A stretch of DNA of 64,000 bases, taken from positions 20,796 through 84,795 of the forward strand of contig CBDAUE010000004.1 in assembly GCA_965200595.1 (NCBI GenBank). The letters are read 5' to 3'. Numbering within the stretch: the first letter of the stretch is position 1; each line of letters starts with the position of its first letter. The translations under genes were made by a program, and so were the position numbers. This document shows, in pieces, positions 1 through 9,246 of this stretch. Source of the stretch: Thermodesulfobacteriota bacterium. GTDB taxonomy: Bacteria; Desulfobacterota_D; UBA1144; Nemesobacterales; Nemesobacteraceae. A model generated the notes under the pieces. It worked only from the letters and a program-made list of their open reading frames with translations, was not told the origin of the DNA and made no database searches.

Positions 1-676
1 CCGCAGCCCCCATCCTCTGCCAGAAGGGAATAGCCTCGCGGGGATCATACCCAGCTTTTGCCATATATATGAGGCCTATCCTGTCAGCCTCTGATTCCTG
101 CTTTCTTGAAAACGGCAAAGCGACCGCAAGTGCCGTCCCCACTCCGTAGGCTGCAAGAACCCTGGACGTGGTTTTTTCGTCTTTTTTCTCCATGGAAGAC
201 GCAAGTGCCGCAGAGCCTATCTCAAGCAGAATTCCGAGACTGAGCCTCTCCCCTCCGTGGCGCGCCGTCGCATGGGCAACCTCGTGGGCCATCACTGTGG
301 CGAGTCCCGCCTCGGTTCTGGCAACGGGCAGCATCCCGGTGTAAACTCCGATCTTTCCCCCGGGAAACGCGAAGGCATTTACCTGCTTGCTGTCAAAAAC
401 GGTGTACTGCCACTTGAGGTTGGGCGTGTGGGAGACGGCGGCTATGCGCTGTCCGACCCTAGTCACGACCCTGTTGTAGTAAGTATTGCGCGAGACCCTC
501 TCGGTCTCGAGCAGATTTACGTACGCGCTTGCGCCGAGCTGCATTTCGAAGGCCTGCGGAAGGATTATAAACTGCGTCCTGTTGGTAATCGGAGCCTTTG
601 CGCAGGCAGCAATGACGAGCACAAAGAGCAGAACGCCGGCCGGAAAAAGAATCCCTCCTTTAAGTATCGATCTCAA
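1..676 (-). CDS. M48-family zinc metallopeptidase (BepA/YfgC-like), partial; the C-terminus runs off the window start. Absent from the ORF track because there is no in-frame stop inside the window.
   Basis: Manual minus-strand translation gives ...VNAFAFPGGKIGVYTGMLPVARTEAGLATVMAHEVAHATARHGGERL...EADRIGLIYMAKAGYDPREAIPFWQRMGAA. This shows an HExxH zinc motif and the M48 EAD...AGYDP motif. The N-terminus, MRSILKGGILFPAGVLLFVLVIAAC, looks like a lipoprotein signal; a TTG start near 674-676 is assumed. Confidence 0.6.
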   Translation of the reverse strand, partial: MRSILKGGILFPAGVLLFVLVIAACAKAPITNRTQFIILPQAFEMQLGASAYVNLLETERVSRNTYYNRVVTRVGQRIAAVSHTPNLKWQYTVFDSKQVNAFAFPGGKIGVYTGMLPVARTEAGLATVMAHEVAHATARHGGERLSLGILLEIGSAALASSMEKKDEKTTSRVLAAYGVGTALAVALPFSRKQESEADRIGLIYMAKAGYDPREAIPFWQRMGAA

Positions 677-755
677 CTTCCGCTAATCCCCCCGGACCCG
701 CAAGACTGCGAGCCCGGATGCAGGTAAAAACCCCTGGCCTTCTGTGAAAGTGATC

Positions 756-1925
756 TCAGGAAAGATCCGCTTCCTTCATTCTCTTCATGCCTTCGTCTAT
801 ATCGTCGTCAGAACACGCGTAGGTGACCCTTACGTAACCCTCCCCCTGGCTGCCGAAAGCCGTACCGGCAACCACGGCAACCGCCGCGCGCTCGACCAGC
901 CTGTCGGTAAACTCCTGGGATGTAAGTCCCGTTCCGGAGATGTCGGCAAAAGCGTAGAACGCTCCGTCTGGGGTATCGCAGGTTATGCCCGGAACACTGT
1001 TGAGTCCGGCAACCATGCGGTCCCTTTTCTGCTCAAGCAGAACCAGTTTGTTATCGACCCATTCCTGCGGTCCCGTGAGCGCGGCGTGCGCCGCTTTCTG
1101 TATGAACGCCGCCACGTTTGTGATTGAGTCCTGAAGGAATATGGAGAGCTGATCGACAACCGGTTTGGGAGCCACTGTCCAGCCTATTCTCCACCCCGTC
1201 ATCGCCCAGGTCTTTGAGAACGTATCTATGCAGACCACCCTGTCTCGTATGCTCTCCATCGACGAGATCGACAGATGAGGCTTTCCGAAGGTTACCTGGG
1301 AAAATATCTCGTCGGATATGATCATCACCTGGGGATGGCGCTCAAGCATGTCGGCTATCTCCTGAGGGTTCTCCACAAGGTGGCCGTTCGGCCTCTGCGG
1401 CGTGTTTATGATCACAAGCTTTGTTCTCGGGGTGATGAGTTCTTCCAGTTTTTCAACATCAAACTGCCAGTCGGGCTTTGTAAGCGGGGTGTGCTTTATA
1501 ACAGCGTTTGCGTACTTTGCCCATACCTCATCGGGGGGATATCCCGGGTTCGGAAATATCACCTCGTCTCCGTCCCCAAGAAAGGTAAGAAGGTTCATAG
1601 TAAGGGAGTGCTTGGCTCCCGCAGTCACTATTACCTCATCAGGTTCCGTCGGTCTTCCCCGCTCAGCCATCTTCTCCGCTATGGCCTCCCGGAGCTCGGG
1701 GAGTCCCGGTCCCGGATCATACCTTACGTAGCCGTCTCTAAGCGCCTTCTCCGTAGCGTCAAGAACATGCTCCGGCGTATCAAAATCGGGTCCCCGGTAA
1801 TCACCCTTTTCAAAGTGAATGATCTTCTTGCCCGTTTTCTTCTCAAGTTCCCTCGCTACCCTCATGCTCGCCCACTGCTTGGGCGGAACAAAGTGCGAGG
1901 TGCGTGAACTGTAATTATATGACAT
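756..1925 (-). CDS. Pyridoxal-phosphate-dependent aminotransferase, class I/II (aspartate aminotransferase-like).
   Basis: A 389-aa ORF with the aminotransferase fold signature (SFSKTWAMTGWRIGW, with the PLP-lysine context) and NPxGxP-like regions. Confidence 0.85.
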   Translation of the reverse strand: MSYNYSSRTSHFVPPKQWASMRVARELEKKTGKKIIHFEKGDYRGPDFDTPEHVLDATEKALRDGYVRYDPGPGLPELREAIAEKMAERGRPTEPDEVIVTAGAKHSLTMNLLTFLGDGDEVIFPNPGYPPDEVWAKYANAVIKHTPLTKPDWQFDVEKLEELITPRTKLVIINTPQRPNGHLVENPQEIADMLERHPQVMIISDEIFSQVTFGKPHLSISSMESIRDRVVCIDTFSKTWAMTGWRIGWTVAPKPVVDQLSIFLQDSITNVAAFIQKAAHAALTGPQEWVDNKLVLLEQKRDRMVAGLNSVPGITCDTPDGAFYAFADISGTGLTSQEFTDRLVERAAVAVVAGTAFGSQGEGYVRVTYACSDDDIDEGMKRMKEADLS

Positions 1926-1960
1926 AACTCCTTTCCTCCATTAAATTTTTCTCAAAAAAC

Positions 1961-2599
1961 TTAAAGATCCTTGTTTATCAGCAGTCCTGAAGCAAGCTGC
2001 GAGAAAACCGCATCGGCCACCTCTTCTGCGTCCATTGAGAAATCATGATGAACCATTACCGCGCCCACGGCCCCGTAGAGCATCAGGGCGCGAAGTCTCG
2101 GATTCTGTCTCACAAAGCTTCCTTCATGTATGCCTTTTTCTATTATTTTTTCGTAGAGTCTCACCCGCCGGCTTCTCCATTTCTCGGTGAGCTCAAAATG
2201 CTCCTTAAGAAGATGAGTCTCATCCCGGCTCAATATGCGAAGCACCTTCAGGTTCTGTCTGTAAAAAGTGAATATGGCCGCAAGCAGCTTGCGGAGCTTA
2301 AGCACGGCCGGGTCGGAATCCTCCACTTCTTCATGCAGGAGCGCCTCTATGGCTTCAAAGCTTTCCTTAAGAATTTCGAGGTACAGATTTTCCTTGGAGG
2401 AAAAGTAGTTGTAGATGGTTCCCTTAGATACGCCCATCTCCTCCGCTATCTCCTCCATGGTGACTTCGTGGTAGCCCTTCTCGAAAAAAAGATTGGTTGC
2501 GGCCCGAAGTATTTCATCTCGGCGCCTGAATCTTCTAGATGCTTTCGAACTTGGCGTACTTGAATTTGCAACGCTACTGATCTGAACCATATTTCTCAC
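1961..2599 (-). CDS. TetR/AcrR family transcriptional regulator.
   Basis: N-terminal HTH region: FFEKGYHEVTMEEIAEEMGVSKGTIYNYFSSKENLYLEIL. Confidence 0.8.
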   Translation of the reverse strand: MRNMVQISSVANSSTPSSKASRRFRRRDEILRAATNLFFEKGYHEVTMEEIAEEMGVSKGTIYNYFSSKENLYLEILKESFEAIEALLHEEVEDSDPAVLKLRKLLAAIFTFYRQNLKVLRILSRDETHLLKEHFELTEKWRSRRVRLYEKIIEKGIHEGSFVRQNPRLRALMLYGAVGAVMVHHDFSMDAEEVADAVFSQLASGLLINKDL

Positions 2600-2792
2600 T
2601 CATTAACTGACTCGTCAGTCAGAATAACGATTTCTAAAAAAATTGTCAAGAAATTTTAAATCAATGTAAGAAGCAAATTAAGCAGGAGACAAGATCTTTA
2701 TTGTCGATCAGACAGCAGACCTGATCGACACAGTATCCGAGCACCTGCGTTTAGTCCCTAAGGCAGAAACGTAGATTCAGGACAACAACACT

Positions 2793-4721
2793 TCACCCAA
2801 ACGCTTTAGTGAGCACTGAATCAATCCGTTGCTTCAGTTCATTTCCGGTCCGCCCAAATCCGAGAAGACGGGATACAGCACGAATTTTTTCATCCCGTTC
2901 CATGGTTCCATTTTCCCTATCCACTATGGTTGCCGCGGCGAGAATTTCCAGTGGAGCAATGTAGTTCACATCCTTGATTGAGCCTTGCTCAGCGGAACGG
3001 TCTCGTACCGGTGGATTCTCTTTTTGTTCTGCGGTCATCCAAAAATTATAGGACTCCAGAAAAATACGGCCGTGATTTGAAGCTCGATCAAGACCGGAAA
3101 GAATATTGTCCCGTGCCGCCGAACTGAGCCTTGTTTTGGAACAAGCTTCAGCAATTCTCCGCACTACTACATCAGTGTGAACGGGGCCTTCTGTCTTTAC
3201 AATGTCAGCAACGATTTCAGCCATTCTGTCGGTGTCAGTTTCTTCAGGCTCAGCTTTAAGAACCGGCAATGGCTTGGTCTGTTGATAGGGAGGCATCTGG
3301 ATGCCGGGGGGCTTGTCCGGCAAGACTTCCGCCGGCACTAAAGGACTGGGAGGGGACGTGCCGGGGTTAGAGGTTGCTTTAGTTTCGTTGCTGCCCCTGA
3401 TGACATCAGCGGGAGTTGACAGTGAATTAACGGCATCCAGTGCTGCGTGTAATCGGCTGATTTCCGCCGGTCGGCGATAAAACCAGTCCGTGCTCCAAAT
3501 CCGGTGAAATTTCCAGCCAAAAGCTTCCAGAACTTCCTGTCGCAGACGGTCCCGTTCCCTTGCCCAAAGCGAGGAATGCCAGGTTGCACCATCGCACTCC
3601 ACCGCAAGAATATACTGGGCTGGGCGATTCAGATGACGAACACCGATATCAATTCGAAAGCCTGCACTGCAGACTTGTGGATCGGCATGATACCCATAAT
3701 CCTCGATAATGCGCATGACATCCTCCTCAAACTGGCTGTCAGCTCCTTGTCCTGTAGCAATTTTTTCCTCCAGTTCACCACTTTTGGCGAACTGCAGGAA
3801 ACGTTTTAAGATCCTGGGACCTTCCCTGCTGGTACGAGAGAGATCGATATCCGCCGGATCAAATGATGCGAAAATTTCACTTTGCAACCGCGCACGGGTG
3901 AACAGAACATTGAGCCTTCTTTCTCCTCCCTCACCATTGATGGGACCAAAATTCATCGATGACAGGCGTTCATCAGCCCTGTGAGGTCCGTAGCCGACAC
4001 TGATCATGATGACATCGCGCTCATCGCCCTGGACATTTTCTATGTTCTTGACGAACACATCTTCTTCTTTGCCTTCACGCAAAAATGCATCCAGGATTTT
4101 GTCGGTTCGCCGATGCATTTCCAGAACTTCTGTGATCATTTCGCTCTGGGCCTTGGAGAAAGCAACAATACCAACCGACCATGTGGGAAATTTCCGTGCA
4201 TGTGCCGCCAGTGCTTCAGCAATCTTCTCGGCTTCAATACGGTTGGTTCCAGCGCGTCCGCCGCCCTGACTTTTTGAGGAATAGACCCCGGACACCGGGG
4301 TAAATTTCAAACCAAACTCCGGATCGATTTGCAGTGGAGAAGGTGGAATGATCAGGCTGTTTTTGTAAAACTCTTCATTGGATACTCGGATCAGCGACGG
4401 GTCTTTTGACCGGTAATGCCATTTCAGCATGTTTGATCTCACACCGCGTGCCTCGCAAAGTGTCAGAATACTCTCGAGTTCGGTCGCCTTGGCCGTGGCC
4501 AGTTCGCTTGTGTCCTCGTCAGTATCAATATCATCAGCCAGTCTGTTGAAAAAATTAGTGGGCGGCTGCTGCTGCTGATCACCCACCACAACTATTTGAC
4601 TGACCCGCGCAATCGCACCGAGCGCATCTTCCGGCCTCACCTGGGAGGCTTCGTCAATGATGAGGAGATCAAAAGACAATATGCCTGGCGGGAGGAACTG
4701 AGCCACAGAAATAGGGCTCAT
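2793..4721 (-). CDS. C-terminal part of a giant DUF4011/SF1-helicase/Vsr-like endonuclease/DUF3320 protein (Hhe-like). It is frameshifted relative to the upstream part.
   Basis: Helicase motif II LLIIDEASQV, then VVVGDQQQQPP, then a Vsr/DUF559-like block ECDGATWHSS...RDRLRQEVLEAFGWKFHRIWSTDWF. It overlaps the upstream ORF by 53 nt in the +1 frame. Confidence 0.6.
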   Translation of the reverse strand: MSPISVAQFLPPGILSFDLLIIDEASQVRPEDALGAIARVSQIVVVGDQQQQPPTNFFNRLADDIDTDEDTSELATAKATELESILTLCEARGVRSNMLKWHYRSKDPSLIRVSNEEFYKNSLIIPPSPLQIDPEFGLKFTPVSGVYSSKSQGGGRAGTNRIEAEKIAEALAAHARKFPTWSVGIVAFSKAQSEMITEVLEMHRRTDKILDAFLREGKEEDVFVKNIENVQGDERDVIMISVGYGPHRADERLSSMNFGPINGEGGERRLNVLFTRARLQSEIFASFDPADIDLSRTSREGPRILKRFLQFAKSGELEEKIATGQGADSQFEEDVMRIIEDYGYHADPQVCSAGFRIDIGVRHLNRPAQYILAVECDGATWHSSLWARERDRLRQEVLEAFGWKFHRIWSTDWFYRRPAEISRLHAALDAVNSLSTPADVIRGSNETKATSNPGTSPPSPLVPAEVLPDKPPGIQMPPYQQTKPLPVLKAEPEETDTDRMAEIVADIVKTEGPVHTDVVVRRIAEACSKTRLSSAARDNILSGLDRASNHGRIFLESYNFWMTAEQKENPPVRDRSAEQGSIKDVNYIAPLEILAAATIVDRENGTMERDEKIRAVSRLLGFGRTGNELKQRIDSVLTKAFG

Positions 4722-7470
4722 GAGCAGAACAGGCGATCCGACGCATCATCGTTGGAGCCGCCTCTATAATCTTGCGAATCGGCCTGTGTTTGCGTTTTTT
4801 TGCCATCTCGCCGCGCAGAAACCCCATTTCACCGTCAGCACCTTTGGGCAACTGCCCTTGGTGTTGTGCGTGAATGAGGGCACGCACCTCCTCAAACCTG
4901 GTGTGGTCAAGTTCACGAAAAGCAGTGACCAGATCATGGCGGTTAAGTTTGGCGAGATCGTTCAGTTCCGGCTTGACGGTACGGGCGTACTCCCAACGGG
5001 CTTCGGCAACGGCATATCTGAACTCATCCACCATCGCGCTTTCCGCAAGACGTCCTTCCTGCAGAGCAGTGATCAGTGGCATCAGATCGGCTTTGTCCAG
5101 CGCCTTTACGGAATTCATCAGATCAACCCACTCAGAATACCGTTCCATGGATGAATGCATATCCTCAAATCTTTTCTGCAAAGGGACAAGAGAGTGCTGG
5201 CTCCTGTCTTCGGACTGCCTGGCATCCAGATCCAGACGGTTGAATATTGACTGCAAGACGTCTTCAGTTTTCGCAAGGACAGACTCAAGTTTTTGGTGAA
5301 TATCGCCGGCCTGCCGCTTAATGGAGCAGAGAATCGAGATCGTTTCATGACTGACTTCAGGCGCGGCGGCGAGAGCTCCACCTACCCACTTATGGGCTGC
5401 GATCAGGTTATTGAAAGCTGTACTTTCACCGCGCCATTCCGTCCCCAAAACTGTGCGGAGGTATTCCTCTTCCCGGGCAAGCTCTGCGCGCAGTCTGCGG
5501 ACGGATTGCAATTGGTCCACCAGAGCCAACCGTTCAGACGGTTGCTTCGGAAGTGCGATACGAAGCAATGTGGCAAGTTCATTCGAAGCACTCCGATAAC
5601 GGCCAAAAAGTCGAGACCAAAACGAACCTGCACCTTGGGCAATATTGCTGCGAATGTCATCAATCGGGGCTGACCATGCTGCTTCTTGGAATGTGTTCTG
5701 AACCTTGGAGTGTTCTTGCCGCCACTGCTGTCCGATTTCCAAAGCTTGCGGCAGACGGGGTTCGTCTCTGCGGGCAAGAAATGCTTCTACAAGTGTTGCC
5801 GGAATGTCCGGTGCGGATATCGCCATGCCCAACAGAATATGTAACCGCTTCGCTTCGGAGATATTTTCAGGGTGAGGACAGACAAGACGCTGGGCAGCTT
5901 CGGCGGCGGTATCGACAAGGCTCCGGACTGTCTGAATGACATCAGTCAGCTCTTTTTCCAGTCGTTGCAACTCTGTCGGTTGCAAAGCAAGCTCGCCCAC
6001 TCCAAAAAAAGGGTGTTTGTTCACCGCGCCTGCTTTGCGGCGTTTGCTCAGAAAGGATTCGATGACGTTAACTATCTCGTCTCGCTGGGAGTTGCACAGG
6101 TCTGCAAGGCTGCTGTTTTTGAAATCGGGTGCGGAGACATCTCGACTGATAAATCCCGATATATCGTTCATCACCGAAAACGGGCTGTAGTCTCGTTCGG
6201 GCAGGAGTTCATGAATGGTATCGGCAATCTCGTTGAGCCGTTGTCTTGCCGCATGCAACTTGTCCGGCTCATCTGACGCTGCGGTTTTTACGTAGCCGGC
6301 ATCCAGAGTCCTCTTTAACTCCTCCAAGACGGCTTTTTTGTTTGCCTTGCGAGAATGCAGTTCCAAACATATGTCCGCAAGACCGACTTTGTGCAAGCGA
6401 CGATGGACCACCTGCAAGGCTGTCATCTTCTCAGCTATAAACAACACTGATTTGCCGTCATGCACTGCGGCCGCAATCATGTTGGCAATAGTTTGCGATT
6501 TGCCTGTTCCGGGAGGGCCCTGTACCACCAGGCTCATGCCGGCACGTACTTCCTCAATCACTTCAGTTTGGGACGCATCCGCATCCACTACCTGAATCAG
6601 GTCTGTGGGCTTGAATTTTGAATCAAGCCTCTCTCCATCCTGCAGTAATGACGGCTGGTGCGGGAAACCATCTCGCAGGAGGCGCTGCAGCAGTTTGTTT
6701 TCCTGCAAGTTGGATTCTTCCCAATTTTCGGGATCAAGGTCATGCAGCATCAAGAACTTGGCAAACTTGGCAAAAGAGAAAAATCCCAGCTGCATGCCGT
6801 CTGATTCAATCTTCCATCTCTGTTGGGTGGCAATGGCGGCCTTGACGGCGGCAAAATATTCTTCTGGAAACCAGTCGGCACTGTCGTCAATATCGGGAAA
6901 CCTGACTCCGAAGTCTTTTTTCAAGCGTTCCTGCAGCGGCAGATTGGTGGAGATATCGTCATCTAATGAACTTAGCCGAAAGCTGCCGTCACCGTCATTT
7001 CGTACAAGCTTCACGGGCAGGAGAATCAGCGGAGCAGTACGCGGAATCTGTGACGACTTATCCTCGTACCATTCCAAAAAACCCATCGCAAGGTAGAGAA
7101 TATTGACTCCCTGTTCCTCTTCCGCAGTGCGGGCATCTCTGTAGAGTTTTAACAGTTTGCGGTACAACACTTCGGGTCCTAAGGGTGTTTCCAGAACATT
7201 ATCCCGGTAACGGGAAACATCCACCTCGTTATCGGGCGAGATGTGCATATCGTCATCTATTTGGTTGTCGTCCTGGGCCGTACCCAGAAATTTCATAGAC
7301 CTGCCATTGATCCGCAAGATCTCGAAAATATCTTTCGTACGTTCGTTAATCACTTTGATGTCATTGCCCCTGCGGCTTTCTCGGTTTACATGGATTAAAC
7401 GATTTCGCGTACCGGTATCGACCAGTTTTCTCTGCGCATCTCGGAGTAGTTCTTGAATGGTCTTGGTCAT
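4669..7470 (-). CDS. N-terminal part of the same giant helicase: DUF4011-like region plus the Walker A half of an Upf1-like SF1 ATPase.
   Basis: N-terminus MTKTIQELLRDAQRKLVDTGTRNRLIHV is typical of DUF4011 proteins. Walker A is VVQGPPGTGKSQTIANMIAAAV. The ORF ends 22 codons after the other frame opens. Confidence 0.6.
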   Translation of the reverse strand: MTKTIQELLRDAQRKLVDTGTRNRLIHVNRESRRGNDIKVINERTKDIFEILRINGRSMKFLGTAQDDNQIDDDMHISPDNEVDVSRYRDNVLETPLGPEVLYRKLLKLYRDARTAEEEQGVNILYLAMGFLEWYEDKSSQIPRTAPLILLPVKLVRNDGDGSFRLSSLDDDISTNLPLQERLKKDFGVRFPDIDDSADWFPEEYFAAVKAAIATQQRWKIESDGMQLGFFSFAKFAKFLMLHDLDPENWEESNLQENKLLQRLLRDGFPHQPSLLQDGERLDSKFKPTDLIQVVDADASQTEVIEEVRAGMSLVVQGPPGTGKSQTIANMIAAAVHDGKSVLFIAEKMTALQVVHRRLHKVGLADICLELHSRKANKKAVLEELKRTLDAGYVKTAASDEPDKLHAARQRLNEIADTIHELLPERDYSPFSVMNDISGFISRDVSAPDFKNSSLADLCNSQRDEIVNVIESFLSKRRKAGAVNKHPFFGVGELALQPTELQRLEKELTDVIQTVRSLVDTAAEAAQRLVCPHPENISEAKRLHILLGMAISAPDIPATLVEAFLARRDEPRLPQALEIGQQWRQEHSKVQNTFQEAAWSAPIDDIRSNIAQGAGSFWSRLFGRYRSASNELATLLRIALPKQPSERLALVDQLQSVRRLRAELAREEEYLRTVLGTEWRGESTAFNNLIAAHKWVGGALAAAPEVSHETISILCSIKRQAGDIHQKLESVLAKTEDVLQSIFNRLDLDARQSEDRSQHSLVPLQKRFEDMHSSMERYSEWVDLMNSVKALDKADLMPLITALQEGRLAESAMVDEFRYAVAEARWEYARTVKPELNDLAKLNRHDLVTAFRELDHTRFEEVRALIHAQHQGQLPKGADGEMGFLRGEMAKKRKHRPIRKIIEAAPTMMRRIACSAHEPYFCGSVPPARHIVF

Positions 7471-7705
7471 ATTTAGAACATTACGAATGGAATGATTATT
7501 GTGAATAATATTTCTGATTTACATTGACTACGCCACTTGGTTTACCGCCCGGGTGATAGGCACAGAATGAGCCCGTATTTTGCGGAATTCATCACATGAT
7601 TTTTAAGTATCACCAACCGAATGTATATAAGTCCCTATTTTTTGTGTCCTCAAAGATTCCAAGGGGAATTTTTCTGGTACATTCTTTAGTTAGGGAGAAA
7701 ATCAT

Positions 7706-8437
7706 ATGAGCATATGGGGGACAATAATCGGCGGCGCTGCGGGCTTTGCTCTAGGCGGTCCCATAGGAGCGCTGCTGGGAGCCATGGCGGGCCATGCGAT
7801 TGTCGGTACCGGCAAACGGCCGACCGACAAGCGCTCGAGAAAGCAGGTTGCCTTCACGGCCGGAGTCATAGTGCTGGCGGCCAAAATGGCTAAAGCCGAC
7901 GGGGTAGTGAGCAAAGAGGAAATCCTGGCCTTCCGAGAGGTGTTTCATCCGATCCTGAGAGACGAAGTAAAAGAAGCCGAGGTAGCCCGCATCTTCGATA
8001 TCGCCAAGAAAGACCCGGAAGGTTTTGAGTCCTACGCACAGCAGCTTGCCGAGATGTTCAGAGACAACCCCATGGTTCTTGAGGAACTTTTAAACTGTCT
8101 GTTCCTCATTGCCAAGTCCGATAATGTCTACCATCCCAAGGAAAACGAGTATCTTGAGAGCATAGCAAAGATATTCGGACTGAACGAAGCGGCGTTTAGG
8201 CGCATCCGCGCCGCACACGGCGTCGACAAGCCGGATCCGTATCTCATTCTGGGAGTGACAAGAGACATCTCCGATCGCGGACTTAAAAGCAAGTACCGCG
8301 AACTTGTCCGCGCACATCATCCGGACAACCTGATCGCCCAAGGTGTTCCCCAGGAGTTTATTGACACGGCAAACGATAAACTCGCGGTCATAAACGATGC
8401 CTACGACCGAATTGAGAAGGAACGAAAGACGGTCTGA
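7706..8437 (+). CDS. djlA: DjlA-like co-chaperone: N-terminal glycine-rich TM segment, TerB-like middle domain and C-terminal J domain.
   Basis: C-terminal DPYLILGVTRDISDRGLKSKYRELVRAHHPDNL (J domain, HPD motif). N-terminus GGAAGFALGGPIGALLGAMAG. Confidence 0.7.
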   Translation: MSIWGTIIGGAAGFALGGPIGALLGAMAGHAIVGTGKRPTDKRSRKQVAFTAGVIVLAAKMAKADGVVSKEEILAFREVFHPILRDEVKEAEVARIFDIAKKDPEGFESYAQQLAEMFRDNPMVLEELLNCLFLIAKSDNVYHPKENEYLESIAKIFGLNEAAFRRIRAAHGVDKPDPYLILGVTRDISDRGLKSKYRELVRAHHPDNLIAQGVPQEFIDTANDKLAVINDAYDRIEKERKTV

Positions 8438-8785
8438 TTCATTTGAGAACAGGAACGATGCCGGTTTTTACAGCGGCTTCAAGAATTATTTCCTGACTGA
8501 GCATGGGAAGTAATATTGAGGAAGATTCTTAAACTGAATGTGAAGAACTGAAAAACGCCTGCAAATTGGCCGCAAACGGCGTTATAAATTTCCCGAGCGG
8601 CAAAACAAACAATCAAGGCGCTCAGTGAGCGGGATGCGATGGAATCGAATTCAGAACCCTTAGAAAATCCAACCTTTATACAGGCTCAATTGTCGGTACT
8701 GTCCGCTTCCATTTAACCGCAGCTACAAAGCGCCTTTGATTGCTGGTATTTGTGCGCTATATGCCAGTGCAACTGCCCGGAATCT

Positions 8786-9088
8786 TTATTTCTTCTCTTT
8801 GTGCTTTTCTTTCTTGGCAGCCCAGGCATTCTTTACTTCTTCCTTTGTGAGATTGCCATCGCCATCAGCATCCATCTTGGCGAATTTCTCCTCCACGTGG
8901 GCCATAAACTCGGCTTTTGAGATAACACCATCTGAGTTTGCATCTTTTTTCTCAAACATCTTATCCATTTTAGCAGCCTTTCCGGGGCAATCTCTTTTCT
9001 CATCACAAGACCCGCAGTCTGCCGAGGCAACCGTCGCTCCTCCGATGAACAAAACCGCCAATATAGAAAACATAAATATCTTTCTCAT
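8786..9088 (-). CDS. Secreted EF-hand calcium-binding protein.
   Basis: Signal peptide MRKIFMFSILAVLFIGGATVASA. Two EF-hand loops: DANSDGVISKAEF and DADGDGNLTKEEV. Confidence 0.7.
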   Translation of the reverse strand: MRKIFMFSILAVLFIGGATVASADCGSCDEKRDCPGKAAKMDKMFEKKDANSDGVISKAEFMAHVEEKFAKMDADGDGNLTKEEVKNAWAAKKEKHKEKK

Positions 9089-9246
9089 TACACACCTCCA
9101 TGTGGTTTATAATTTCAGAGTTAGTTTACAGTTTATACCAATTAAAAAGCAAGACGGAAAACCTTGCGTGCTATGATTCCGTTTCCCCTTAACGCTTTTG
9201 ATTCAGGCTTTTTCATACATTATGAGGATTGGGGACGGACCTGAAC

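Noticed and set aside
257-727. 156-aa plus-strand ORF at the window start.
   Set aside because: No recognisable motifs, and it overlaps the minus-strand M48 peptidase frame, which has clear catalytic motifs.
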